Virus record (IMG/VR): IMGVR_UViG_3300032167_000004
Coordinates: 199,787 to 263,786 of that record
Length of the DNA stretch: 64,000 nt
Source: a virus
Lineage: Duplodnaviria > Caudoviricetes
Reading direction: 5' to 3' (one strand)
This document shows positions 29,149 through 39,195 of this stretch, in pieces. Position numbers and translations under genes: made by a program. The notes under the pieces were generated by a model. That model ran no database searches. It was not told the origin of the DNA and worked only from the letters and a program-made list of their open reading frames with translations. The first letter of the stretch is position 1, and each line of letters opens with the position of its first letter.

Positions 29149-31701
29149 ATGTTATTAGAACATAATAAACCTGTATATAAAAGGTTAAAAGAAACATTAA
29201 CAAATATCAAAGATACTGTTATTGTCACTGCAACTGGAACAGGTAAAAGTTATTTAATGGACGAATATATCGATGAATTTGATATGAAGGCATTAATTAT
29301 TTGTCCTACAATTGGTATGGGTGAAGATTGGTATAAATTATCTGATAGGGTAAGTTGTATTACATACCACCGATTTCATAAACATGTTGATGAGTATATT
29401 AAAAATGTTAATGAATATGATATTTATATTTTTGATGAGGCTCATCGTACAGGAGCTAAAGAATGGGGTAAATCTATAAATAAATTTAAAGATAAATGTA
29501 ATAAACCTATTGTTGGTTTAACTGCAACTCCTATTCGGTATACTGATAATTGTAGAGATATTACTATTGAGATGTTCGACGGGTCGGTTGTACATGGTTA
29601 CTCCATTAAAGAAGCTTTGGATGAAGGAATTCTTCCCAATATCAATTATATTTGTGCATTGTATGATACTACTGGAATTAAAGAAAAAATTCCTAAAGAT
29701 GTATCAAAAGAATTAATTGGTAGACTTGATCTGTGTATTCAAAATACTAAAAGATGTGTTGAAATTCTTAGATCTGAACTATCTAGTGGTAAAAATAAAG
29801 GGATTGTTTTTGTTGATAAAATTGAAAGTATTAATGACGGTATCAATATCATTAAAAAAGCTTTCCCGAATGAAAAAGTATGGTCTATTCATTCTAAACA
29901 AAGTAATCAACTCAATTCTCAGTGTATTGATGAATTTAATAGATCCAGTCATGGATATATTGTATCTGTTAATATTCTCAATGAAGGTAAACATGTGGAT
30001 GGAATAGATACTATTATCATGTTAAGAAAAACATCTTCTCCGACAATATTTATTCAGCAATTAGGTAGAGGGCTTTCTGTTAAAGGAAAGAATATAAATG
30101 TATTTGATTTTGTATCGAATCATTTATCTATTCGTGTTATGAATCAACGCCAAAATATAATCCGTACATTAGCATCCCCTTCAGCTAGAGTAAGTAAAAA
30201 ATCTAGTCAGTTAATTATTACTGATTATACTGGTGAATTCTATGCAATTCTTGAGACAATCGAAAATTTAAATAGTAGAACATACTGGACACCTGAAGAG
30301 GATGAAATTCTTAAGAAATATTATTACGTTGAAGGTGAGGATGTTGTAAAAAGATTACCTGGTAGAAATATGAATTCATGTACACACAGAGCTCATAGAC
30401 TCGGAATATTAAATTCTGCTAGATTCTGGACACCTGAAGAGGATGAAATTCTTAAGAAGTATTATCCCACTGAGGGAAGTAAGGTTGCAGAAAGATTACC
30501 TAATAAATCCAATACAGCATGTTATGCTCGTGCAAAAGTACTAAGTGTAAAATTCATTAATACGACTTGGACACCTGAAGAGGATGAAATTCTTAAGAAG
30601 TATTATCCCACTGAGGGAAGTAAGGTTGCAGAAAGATTATCTGGTAGAACTGTATCAGTATGTAGAAATAGGGCTAAAAGTATTGGTGTAACTAAACTTG
30701 GTTGGACACCTAAAGAGGATGAAATTCTTAAGAAGTATTATCCTATTGAAAGTTTAAGTAAGGTTGCAAAAAGATTGCCTAGTAAAACTAAAGATGCATG
30801 CTCACATAGAGCTGAGAAATTAAATTTAATTAAAGTAAATAATCTTAAAATTAAATGGTCTGAAGAAGAGGATGAAATTCTTAAGAAGTATTATCCTATT
30901 GAAGGTGAAGATGTTGCAGAAAGATTACCTGGTAGAACTAAAAGTGCTTGTAAATATAGAGCAAATGAGTTGAAATTGAAACATATTAATCTAAATGCAT
31001 GGTCTGAAGAAGAGGATGAAATTCTTAAGAAGTATTATCCTATTGAAGGTGAAGATGTTGCAGAAAGATTACCTGGTAGAACTAAAAGTGCTTGCAAAAA
31101 CAGATCTAATATATTAAATATCAATAAGCCTAGAAAGATATTATGGTCTGAAGAAGAGGATGAAATTCTTAAGAAGTATTATCCTATTGAAGGTGTACTT
31201 GGAGTTATAAAAAGATTGCCTAATAAATCTCGTAATGCATGTGAGTGTAGAATAGATGAATTATGTCTTATAAAATCTAAATCTATTTGGACTAAAGAGG
31301 AAGAAGATATTTTGAGAGAATATTATCCTATTGAAGGTGAAGATGTTGCAAAAAGATTACCTGGTAGAACTATGAGAGCATGTGTCATAAGAGCTAGAGC
31401 AATAGGTGTATTTATGTTATCCAAAGCTTGGACACCTGAAGAGGATGAAATTCTTAAGAAGTATTATCCTATTGAAGGATTTAAAGTTGTGAAGAGATTG
31501 CCTGGTAGAACTAAAAGTGCTTGTGTAAATAGAGCTAAACTCTTTAATTTACACAGTTCTAGAAATTGGACACCTGAAGAGGATGAAATTCTTAAGAAGT
31601 ATTATCCTATTGAAGGTGAAGATGTTGCAGAAAGATTACCTGGTAGAACTAAAAGTGCTTGTGTGTCTAGGGCTAGGAAATTGGGATTATACTACAACTA
31701 A
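29149..31701 (+). CDS. SF2 helicase/translocase with 10 C-terminal Myb/SANT-like repeats (paralog of 27242-29071)
   Basis: ATGTGKS, FDEAHR, GLTATP, LNEGKHV, QQLGRG; 10 repeats; RBS region nearly identical to paralog. Confidence 0.88.
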   Translation: MLLEHNKPVYKRLKETLTNIKDTVIVTATGTGKSYLMDEYIDEFDMKALIICPTIGMGEDWYKLSDRVSCITYHRFHKHVDEYIKNVNEYDIYIFDEAHRTGAKEWGKSINKFKDKCNKPIVGLTATPIRYTDNCRDITIEMFDGSVVHGYSIKEALDEGILPNINYICALYDTTGIKEKIPKDVSKELIGRLDLCIQNTKRCVEILRSELSSGKNKGIVFVDKIESINDGINIIKKAFPNEKVWSIHSKQSNQLNSQCIDEFNRSSHGYIVSVNILNEGKHVDGIDTIIMLRKTSSPTIFIQQLGRGLSVKGKNINVFDFVSNHLSIRVMNQRQNIIRTLASPSARVSKKSSQLIITDYTGEFYAILETIENLNSRTYWTPEEDEILKKYYYVEGEDVVKRLPGRNMNSCTHRAHRLGILNSARFWTPEEDEILKKYYPTEGSKVAERLPNKSNTACYARAKVLSVKFINTTWTPEEDEILKKYYPTEGSKVAERLSGRTVSVCRNRAKSIGVTKLGWTPKEDEILKKYYPIESLSKVAKRLPSKTKDACSHRAEKLNLIKVNNLKIKWSEEEDEILKKYYPIEGEDVAERLPGRTKSACKYRANELKLKHINLNAWSEEEDEILKKYYPIEGEDVAERLPGRTKSACKNRSNILNINKPRKILWSEEEDEILKKYYPIEGVLGVIKRLPNKSRNACECRIDELCLIKSKSIWTKEEEDILREYYPIEGEDVAKRLPGRTMRACVIRARAIGVFMLSKAWTPEEDEILKKYYPIEGFKVVKRLPGRTKSACVNRAKLFNLHSSRNWTPEEDEILKKYYPIEGEDVAERLPGRTKSACVSRARKLGLYYN
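30286..31698 (+). repeat. 10 in-frame tandem repeats of 44-51 aa (Myb-like array)
   Basis: Same conserved DNA core, variable second half. Confidence 0.92.
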
Positions 31702-31702
31702 C

Positions 31703-31737
31703 AAAAAAGAAAGACTCTTAATGAGTCTTTCTTTTTT
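31703..31737 (+). terminator. intrinsic terminator
   Basis: AAAAAAGAAAGACTC/GAGTCTTTCTTTTTT. Confidence 0.8.
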
Positions 31738-31799
31738 TTGTATTAATTTTAAATATATATTATAACTATATGATAAAAACTTAAAAGGAGTAATTTATT

Positions 31800-32450
31800 A
31801 TGATATACGAATTCAAAAAAGGTGAATTAAATAAATTAAATAATCTTAATCAAGATTTAAAAACTATATTTAATAATTATATTATTCTTGATAATGGATT
31901 TATTTATGGGGATTCTATTCTTCGTAAAGGAACCCATATGGTTCATACTCAATTTAAAATGTTCTTTGAATATCCAGATAGTTATGTTATTAGAATTAAT
32001 AGTAAAGATTTATTTGAAACTATTAAGAATAATAAAAAGATTATAACTTGTATTAGAATAATCGATAATATTATATATCTTGGTGGAGAAGAATCTTTAT
32101 TTAAAATTGGCGATATGATTAGTTTTAGATGGAGTCAATTATCAAATGAATTAATGGAATATATGTCATTAATAAACTTGATGGTAGAAGATAATAAATC
32201 TAATAGTACGTTTACTATTCTTTCTACGGAAGACACTATCGATTTAGTTAATAATGAATATAAAAATATTCGTAAAAATAAGTATAAAACAAGAATAACT
32301 AAAGAAGTTATTCCTGGATTAAAGAAATCTCATGAAGTAGTATTGGATTTCTTTGATCATACTAAGGATAAATCCTTATTCTATTTAGGAATTAAGGTAA
32401 GAAGAGCATATTGTACAAGTTATCATATCTATACTTGTTTACATATGTAA
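31800..32450 (+). CDS. hypothetical early protein
   Basis: AAGGAG RBS; early motif at 31751-31763. Confidence 0.75.
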   Translation: MIYEFKKGELNKLNNLNQDLKTIFNNYIILDNGFIYGDSILRKGTHMVHTQFKMFFEYPDSYVIRINSKDLFETIKNNKKIITCIRIIDNIIYLGGEESLFKIGDMISFRWSQLSNELMEYMSLINLMVEDNKSNSTFTILSTEDTIDLVNNEYKNIRKNKYKTRITKEVIPGLKKSHEVVLDFFDHTKDKSLFYLGIKVRRAYCTSYHIYTCLHM

Positions 32451-32454
32451 GAAT

Positions 32455-32486
32455 AAAGAGTCATAGATTAATTTCTATGACTCTTT
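32455..32486 (+). terminator. intrinsic terminator
   Basis: AAAGAGTCATAGA/TCTATGACTCTTT plus T tail. Confidence 0.75.
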
Positions 32487-32580
32487 CTTTTTTTGTATAT
32501 TAATAGTCCGAAAACAATTAATTAATGATTGTATATTGGAATGTATACAGACCTCATAGAAAGGTTGTGAAATAAATATT

Positions 32581-34839
32581 ATGGCTGAAAATAAAAAAGA
32601 AAATAATAGAAGTAATGAAAAAGTTAAAAAAGAATTATTAGATTTAAATAATACATTTAATGATGCATTGATTGATATTGCAACTAGTATTACAGGTACT
32701 GGTCCAGCTAATAATACTGAATTAAAAGTTTTACAGCGTGAAGTTGATAAAATTATTAATGCTGAATTAACTAATACGAAAAGTATTACTTCAGATGATA
32801 TGTCAACCTTCATGGTTAAATTATTTAATGATTTTGATAATAAAACTAAAACCAATGATAAATCATTAAATGATATATTTGAAAATGATGGAGCGGGATT
32901 GTTCCAATTCTTCCAACAGAGATATCAGAATAAAAATCTTTTATATGAAGATTTGGAAATGATTACTTCTCAATTGTTTGAACTTGAAGAAGCGGTTATG
33001 ACCACTCGTGATGCTATTATTACATCTGATGATATTTCTACTACAGTTTCAAGAACACTTAATTTCAAAAATTCTATTGGTGATGAGAACATAAGTAATT
33101 ATATTAAAACTGTAGAAGAATTGGAAAGAAAATTTAAATTATTAATTAAACTTAAGAATATGGTTGTTCCTAATACATTAAAATACGGTAATTATTATGT
33201 ATATTGCTGTCCATATTCTAAATTATTCCAAGAGCAATATGATAAGAAAATTAAAGATCCTTTTAAAAAGACTGTTATTAGTGAAAGTATTGATGAATCT
33301 TTCTTGGAAAACTTAACAAAGGATTTATCTAATATTGATGCTAAAATTGGTATTGATATTAAGAAAAATAATGTTATTGAAATTGCTAAGGAATATACTG
33401 ATAATATTGAAGTATATAATGATGTATGTTCTATTCCGTTATTAGAAGGTGTTGATATTTCTGAATTAGTAGATAATGAAAAATTTACTAAGAAGAAAAA
33501 AGATATTGTGAAAAAACAAGAATCTGAAAATGATAAACATCTTTCTGTTGATGGTACAGTTGATACATCCAAAAAAGGTGATAAGTTTGATAATATTACT
33601 GAATGTTATTTAAAATATATTGAACCTAAAAAGATGATCCCTGTAAAGATTCTTGACACTGTGATTGGATACTACTATATTCATGCAACTGATTTCCAAG
33701 TTAATAAATCTCCATTCTCTACAACTATTAAAGTTACTAATGCAACATCTGGACAAAATTATCAGAATACTGAAGATGTTGAAACTATGTTCTTAGGAAA
33801 GATTACAGATAAAATTGTTAAATCTTTTGATAAGAAATTCTTAGAGAATAATATTCAGTTTAAAGATATGATTTTTAATGCTTTATTATATAATAATTTA
33901 TATAAAAAGCAAATTAAATTCCAGTTTATTCCTGCTGATTATGTGGTTGAATTTAAAGTTAATGAGGATGCTGATGGAAATGGTCAGTCTGTATTAACTA
34001 AAGCATTATTCTATGCTAAATTATATTTAGCATTGTTAATTTTCAAAATGGTATCTATTGTTAGTAAGTCTAATGACCAAAGAGTATATTATGTTAAAAA
34101 CTCTGGTATGGATACTAATATTACAAATAAAATTCAAGAAGTTGCAAGATCTGTCAAAGGTAGACAGATTAACTTCATGGATTTATTAAACTACAATTCT
34201 ATAATCTCGAAAATCGGCGCATACAAGGAAATCTTTATCCCCGTTGGACGAAGTGGTGAACGAGGAATAGAGTTTGATATTTTACAAGGTCAAGATGTAC
34301 CATTAAATACTGATTTAATGGAAATGTTAAGAACTAACATGGTTAACGGCACTGGTGTCCCTTCAGTAATTATGAACTATATTAATGAAGCAGATTATGC
34401 CAGAACCTTAACTATGGCAAATTCTAAGTTCGTTGGTCGTGTTATTTCTTATCAGATGGATTTAAATGATCCTACTACTGAATTATATAAGAAGATTATT
34501 AAATTCTCTAACACGTCTATTCCCGAAGAATTAATTGAGAGTTTTGAATTTATCTTCAATCCTCCTAAGACCCTTAATACTACTAATATCTCTGATATTT
34601 TAAATAATACTGATCAGGTCGTATCTTATATTATTAAGATTATGACTGGTGAGAATGCCGATCAGACACAAGATTCTAACAGAATTAAAGATAAGGTATA
34701 TAAGAATCTTGCTAAGAAGTATCTCCCGATGATTGATTGGGATGATGCTGATGAAGCAATTAAAAATGCTAAAGTTGAAATTGCAAAAGAAGATGCAGAA
34801 GCTAAAGCTAAACCTTCAGATAATAATCAAGAATATTAA
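32581..34839 (+). CDS. probable portal protein
   Basis: 752 aa; late motif at 32513-32524; TLKYGNYY, LIFKMVSIVSKSNDQRVYYV, TGVPS resemble T4/phiKZ-type portal motifs. Confidence 0.65.
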   Translation: MAENKKENNRSNEKVKKELLDLNNTFNDALIDIATSITGTGPANNTELKVLQREVDKIINAELTNTKSITSDDMSTFMVKLFNDFDNKTKTNDKSLNDIFENDGAGLFQFFQQRYQNKNLLYEDLEMITSQLFELEEAVMTTRDAIITSDDISTTVSRTLNFKNSIGDENISNYIKTVEELERKFKLLIKLKNMVVPNTLKYGNYYVYCCPYSKLFQEQYDKKIKDPFKKTVISESIDESFLENLTKDLSNIDAKIGIDIKKNNVIEIAKEYTDNIEVYNDVCSIPLLEGVDISELVDNEKFTKKKKDIVKKQESENDKHLSVDGTVDTSKKGDKFDNITECYLKYIEPKKMIPVKILDTVIGYYYIHATDFQVNKSPFSTTIKVTNATSGQNYQNTEDVETMFLGKITDKIVKSFDKKFLENNIQFKDMIFNALLYNNLYKKQIKFQFIPADYVVEFKVNEDADGNGQSVLTKALFYAKLYLALLIFKMVSIVSKSNDQRVYYVKNSGMDTNITNKIQEVARSVKGRQINFMDLLNYNSIISKIGAYKEIFIPVGRSGERGIEFDILQGQDVPLNTDLMEMLRTNMVNGTGVPSVIMNYINEADYARTLTMANSKFVGRVISYQMDLNDPTTELYKKIIKFSNTSIPEELIESFEFIFNPPKTLNTTNISDILNNTDQVVSYIIKIMTGENADQTQDSNRIKDKVYKNLAKKYLPMIDWDDADEAIKNAKVEIAKEDAEAKAKPSDNNQEY

Positions 34840-34847
34840 TAACTATA

Positions 34848-34877
34848 ATCCCTATACAGTTAATTCTGTATAGGGAT
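34848..34877. terminator. hairpin/terminator
   Basis: ATCCCTATACAG/CTGTATAGGGAT. Confidence 0.65.
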
Positions 34878-34957
34878 ATTTAATATATTATTCAAATATA
34901 TATTATTACTATGAATAATACATTTATTTAATAATAAATAAAGGAGATAATGAAAAC

Positions 34958-36283
34958 ATGTTAGATTATAATAGTGAAATTGTTGAGCAAGGGTTATTAA
35001 CTTTAGTAAATAGTATCATTGATGGTTTTGATATTGGTCTTGAAGAGGATGAATATTATAAAGTAAGTTTTAATATTTGGGAAAACCATAAATTACAGAA
35101 CTTTTTAGATACATTTAAGTTTGAAGTTATCGGTAATGCGCATAAATTCCCTAATATTTTACCACAAAAGAACGCATTTTATGATTCAGACATTTATTTA
35201 TCTTATGAAAAAACTGATGTTATTGCTATATCTGAGAAATATAATGCTATTGCTATCTATTCAGTACAAAAATATTATGTAAAAATTTTAATGTTAATTG
35301 ATAAAGAAAACTATAGTAAGTTTAATAAAAAAGTTGTACCATTATTAGAATCTAATAAATCTTCTGGAATTTTCAATAGTGTTAATTTTAAATGTAAGAA
35401 AAAAGAATATATTGAAGTTTCCAGTCCTATGAACGATGAAGATAAAATTGTTTCTATTCAGAAGAAAAAACTTCCTAAAGAAAACTTAGTATATGATACT
35501 GAAAGCGAGTTATTTAATGTTATGAATGACATTAAGTTATTCTTTAAAAAAGATACTAAGGAATTATATAAGAAAATGAATATCTTATATAAAAGAGGAG
35601 TTATCATTCATGGTGAACCTGGTAATGGTAAAACTGCTATGATTAGAGAAATTATTAGACAATTGTCTAATGTAACAACTATTATTATCAATCCTAATAC
35701 TCCTAGAGTAACTTTTGTATTATCTGAATTAATTAATGCTTTAAAAGAAAAACCTACTATTATTGTTATTGAAGACATTGATAGTGTAATTTTAAATAAT
35801 AACCGTTCGGAATTTCTCAATATCCTAGATGGTATTAATATGAAATCTGGAATTTATTTCATTGGTACTAGTAACTATCCAGAAAGAATCGATCCTGCTT
35901 TTGTTAATAGATCAGGTAGATTTGATAGAATGTATAAGATTCCTAATCCGAATGAAAATATTAGAAGAGCATTCTTTAGATCTTGTAAGATTGGTGATAT
36001 TTTAACAGGATATAAAATTCATAAGGATAATAGTGATAATACTGAATTAAATATTGTAGATTTATTTGTTAAATATAGTGATGATTTATCAATGGCTAAT
36101 TTAAAGGAATTAATGATATCTACACAATATATGTTAATTAGTGATAATACTAAATCTATTGAAGAAGCATTAGAAACTAATTATAATACATTGAAAAATG
36201 TTAAAAGTGAACATGATAGTTCTCATAATGAATATGAAGAAAATTATCATAGATATAGACCTAATAAGGTATTTAGATATTAA
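34958..36283 (+). CDS. AAA+ ATPase
   Basis: HGEPGNGKT, IVIEDID, TSNYPERIDPAFVNRSGRFD; early motif at 34894-34906. Confidence 0.9.
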   Translation: MLDYNSEIVEQGLLTLVNSIIDGFDIGLEEDEYYKVSFNIWENHKLQNFLDTFKFEVIGNAHKFPNILPQKNAFYDSDIYLSYEKTDVIAISEKYNAIAIYSVQKYYVKILMLIDKENYSKFNKKVVPLLESNKSSGIFNSVNFKCKKKEYIEVSSPMNDEDKIVSIQKKKLPKENLVYDTESELFNVMNDIKLFFKKDTKELYKKMNILYKRGVIIHGEPGNGKTAMIREIIRQLSNVTTIIINPNTPRVTFVLSELINALKEKPTIIVIEDIDSVILNNNRSEFLNILDGINMKSGIYFIGTSNYPERIDPAFVNRSGRFDRMYKIPNPNENIRRAFFRSCKIGDILTGYKIHKDNSDNTELNIVDLFVKYSDDLSMANLKELMISTQYMLISDNTKSIEEALETNYNTLKNVKSEHDSSHNEYEENYHRYRPNKVFRY

Positions 36284-36286
36284 AAA

Positions 36287-36316
36287 ATCCCCATACAGGA
36301 TTTCCTGTATGGGGAT
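36287..36316. terminator. bidirectional terminator
   Basis: ATCCCCATACAGGA/TCCTGTATGGGGAT between convergent genes. Confidence 0.75.
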
Positions 36317-36334
36317 ATAATTATTTTTTTTGTA

Positions 36335-37192
36335 TTATACACCAGCGGGAGGAGTTAAGCCCTTATTATGACCCTTATCCTTAGGCCAGTTATAAATCCA
36401 GTTCTTAGTCATATTATCAACCTGATTAGTAGTATACTGACTCTCGAAGTCAAGATAATCACGCATAACCTGGAACTTATCAATCAGAGCCTTAGCAATA
36501 GTATTAATCTGAGGAGACTGATACTTAACACAGCTAAACTCACACTGCATAGTAACAATAGGATGCTGACCAGAATCATAATTGAAGTGGTCCTGCTGTA
36601 CAGATTTAGGCATCATATTGGATAATAATGCTGCATACTCAATACCATCGGAACGACCCGTAGGATCAGTAACAACATAAATTGCTTCAGCAACATGGTT
36701 CGCCTGAGAATATCTAACAGTATTATCAATATCCATGACACCATGGTAATGACCTAAGCCAGTATACGGATCAGAGATACCACTAATCCACATATCTAAA
36801 TATTCTCTAACAGGAGAACCTGCAAATTCATACAGAGAAATAGTAACGTTCTGAGTGCTATCAGTAGCAGTAGTTGCAACATCGAAAGAACGACCTGCAT
36901 AACCACCAGTAATCTGATCCATATTAAGCTCAGTGTTACCAATACCCTGAATACTAGTAAAGCCATACTCTAACAGATGACGGAAATTTTTCGTCTCACT
37001 AGGTAAAAGCTTTTCCATAAATACAGGCATTTTAATAAAGAAAATTCGAGCATAACCAGTCTTAAGAGGGTCATACTGTGCTAATGCCTGCTGAGTAGCA
37101 TTTAAGCCACCTAAGAATAAAGAATAATTTGTAATATCATTCTTACTATACTTTTTAATACCAGACTGTAAAGTATTAATTACTTCTGCCAT
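36335..37192 (-). CDS. probable tail tube protein
   Basis: 285 aa directly downstream of sheath; biased codons. Confidence 0.7.
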   Translation of the reverse strand: MAEVINTLQSGIKKYSKNDITNYSLFLGGLNATQQALAQYDPLKTGYARIFFIKMPVFMEKLLPSETKNFRHLLEYGFTSIQGIGNTELNMDQITGGYAGRSFDVATTATDSTQNVTISLYEFAGSPVREYLDMWISGISDPYTGLGHYHGVMDIDNTVRYSQANHVAEAIYVVTDPTGRSDGIEYAALLSNMMPKSVQQDHFNYDSGQHPIVTMQCEFSCVKYQSPQINTIAKALIDKFQVMRDYLDFESQYTTNQVDNMTKNWIYNWPKDKGHNKGLTPPAGV

Positions 37193-37218
37193 ATTATACT
37201 AACTCCTTTCTTAAAGAA

Positions 37219-39135
37219 TTAGGTACGTTTATTGATATCGATTTCAATAATACCACGCTTAGAAATACCTCTGAAGACAACAGCTAAATAACAATGTAAA
37301 ATAGATCTCTGTGCTTCGAAGGCATTCATATCAAAGTAAACTTCATAGCTGCTGACCTTGCTACCTCTGAAATCAGCAAACATACGAGTTGCATCTTCAG
37401 TGAAACGTAAACGGTCTTCAGCTTCAGAGAAGTTAAAGAGATTTGCACTAACAAACTCTTCGAGCATTCTCTTCATCTCTAACATAACTGCAACATTATT
37501 TTCTTCGGAAAGATCAGATAATGCAAGCTGGGAAGTGCTCTGAGTACCACGCACAAAATTATCTTCAGCAATACACTCGAAGAAATTACAATGATTAGTA
37601 TACAGAACTTCCTTAACAGCAAGATTATCAGCATCAATTGCAGGTTTCAGAGAATTACGAACATGATTGGTGATCTGAGTATAACGTTCACCAACAAAAG
37701 GAATATGATTACCAGCAGTACGATAGTGAGTAGGTAAGTTCTCAGCTAAGAAATAAGTCATAGTAACAGGAATTACACGACCAGTGAAAGGATCACGAAT
37801 CTTATAATGCTGACATTCCTTACTAATAACACAATCTGCAATAGACTTAATAGTTTCTCTGGTAACCCAATTAGAAGCAGCAGAAACAGTAGTTAAAATA
37901 CCAGCATCAATAACACAACGAGCATCATAACGATGTAATGCTAATTCAGCCAGCTTTAACTTAACTTCTTCAGAATAGTTAGCATCGAGAATCAATTCAC
38001 AAGGAACACTTCTCTTACTACGAATACCAATATCGAAGTCACCATTAAATGCCTTAATATAGGCTTCATCAATAGACTGTTGACGAGTAGGACCAACATT
38101 GCCTTCAGAATCTACCACAGGAGTATAGTTAGAAGCAAAGGTAGAATCATCACCATTACCTAAAGCAACACCGATAGTAGAATCTAATGCAGCAAAATCA
38201 ATTGCTTCAGAGTCAATAACATAACCGACCATGTCAGCACCAGTCTTAGTCTTACCTAAGAACATATCGCAGATAGAGAAATCTGCAACAGTCTGCTGCA
38301 TTTCAGTAGTAACAAACTCTTTATAAGTTGCATACAGATTATCGAAACCTTCAGTGTTAGTAACGAAGTCAATCTTCTTACTACCATTGGTAGGATCAGC
38401 AATGACATCATCAAACAGTAAAGATCTCATATCAACAATAGCATCATAGTTAAAACCACCACGATGCTGTTCTTTCAGAACAATATTACCAGAGCTACTA
38501 TCTAAAACTTCAAAGATATAGTTAGTAAATTCATTATCCTGATTCATTAAATTGTCAGAGACAATACGGATACGATATGCATTACCATACTGACCACGAC
38601 CCTTAGAAATAACAGAGAACAGAGGGAAGACATTATATTGCTCACCACGAACAGTTACTTCCTCAGGAGGATAGCTTGCATGTTCCTGCATCTTTAACAT
38701 CATAGTCTCTTTGTTAGTGATATTAGAAACAGGGGTAGCAACAAACTTAACCTTAAAGTTTCTAAGACCAGTTTCAGGATTCTCAGCAACCTGCGTATAT
38801 GCAGAAATAATAACATTTGCATAAGTTGCAGTCTGAGGCATAACTCTCATACAATAGCACTTTGCATTACCAGAACTAAGAGCAGCATAAGGCATATAGC
38901 AGGGCTGACCATAGAGATTAAAGTTAGGAGTACCATACTCTTCCAGATAATCACTAATACTGGTAACGGCCTTGATTACACCATCTTCACCCTTAGCAGA
39001 TGCAAATACAGTTAATAATCTGACACCATTTTCACTCTGAGTAGTCTCATTGGAAGTAAAAACGGAATTGTCATTAATATATGTTTTAACATGCGGAGTT
39101 AAATATTCAGGTACGATCTGACCAGATCTAGGCAT
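37219..39135 (-). CDS. contractile tail sheath protein
   Basis: YLEEYGTPN, CYCMRV, SKGRGQYGN, ILDANY, C-terminal LFNF...IIEIDI; late motif at 39162-39173. Confidence 0.82.
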   Translation of the reverse strand: MPRSGQIVPEYLTPHVKTYINDNSVFTSNETTQSENGVRLLTVFASAKGEDGVIKAVTSISDYLEEYGTPNFNLYGQPCYMPYAALSSGNAKCYCMRVMPQTATYANVIISAYTQVAENPETGLRNFKVKFVATPVSNITNKETMMLKMQEHASYPPEEVTVRGEQYNVFPLFSVISKGRGQYGNAYRIRIVSDNLMNQDNEFTNYIFEVLDSSSGNIVLKEQHRGGFNYDAIVDMRSLLFDDVIADPTNGSKKIDFVTNTEGFDNLYATYKEFVTTEMQQTVADFSICDMFLGKTKTGADMVGYVIDSEAIDFAALDSTIGVALGNGDDSTFASNYTPVVDSEGNVGPTRQQSIDEAYIKAFNGDFDIGIRSKRSVPCELILDANYSEEVKLKLAELALHRYDARCVIDAGILTTVSAASNWVTRETIKSIADCVISKECQHYKIRDPFTGRVIPVTMTYFLAENLPTHYRTAGNHIPFVGERYTQITNHVRNSLKPAIDADNLAVKEVLYTNHCNFFECIAEDNFVRGTQSTSQLALSDLSEENNVAVMLEMKRMLEEFVSANLFNFSEAEDRLRFTEDATRMFADFRGSKVSSYEVYFDMNAFEAQRSILHCYLAVVFRGISKRGIIEIDINKRT

Positions 39136-39195
39136 AATTAATAACCTCCTTTTTATTATTTTATAATATTGTTTTAAAGCTAGATAACGATTATT

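Noticed and set aside
28382-31698. CRISPR-like pattern of constant DNA blocks with variable intervals
   Set aside because: Units are about 135-150 bp, in frame and protein coding; no cas genes in the window
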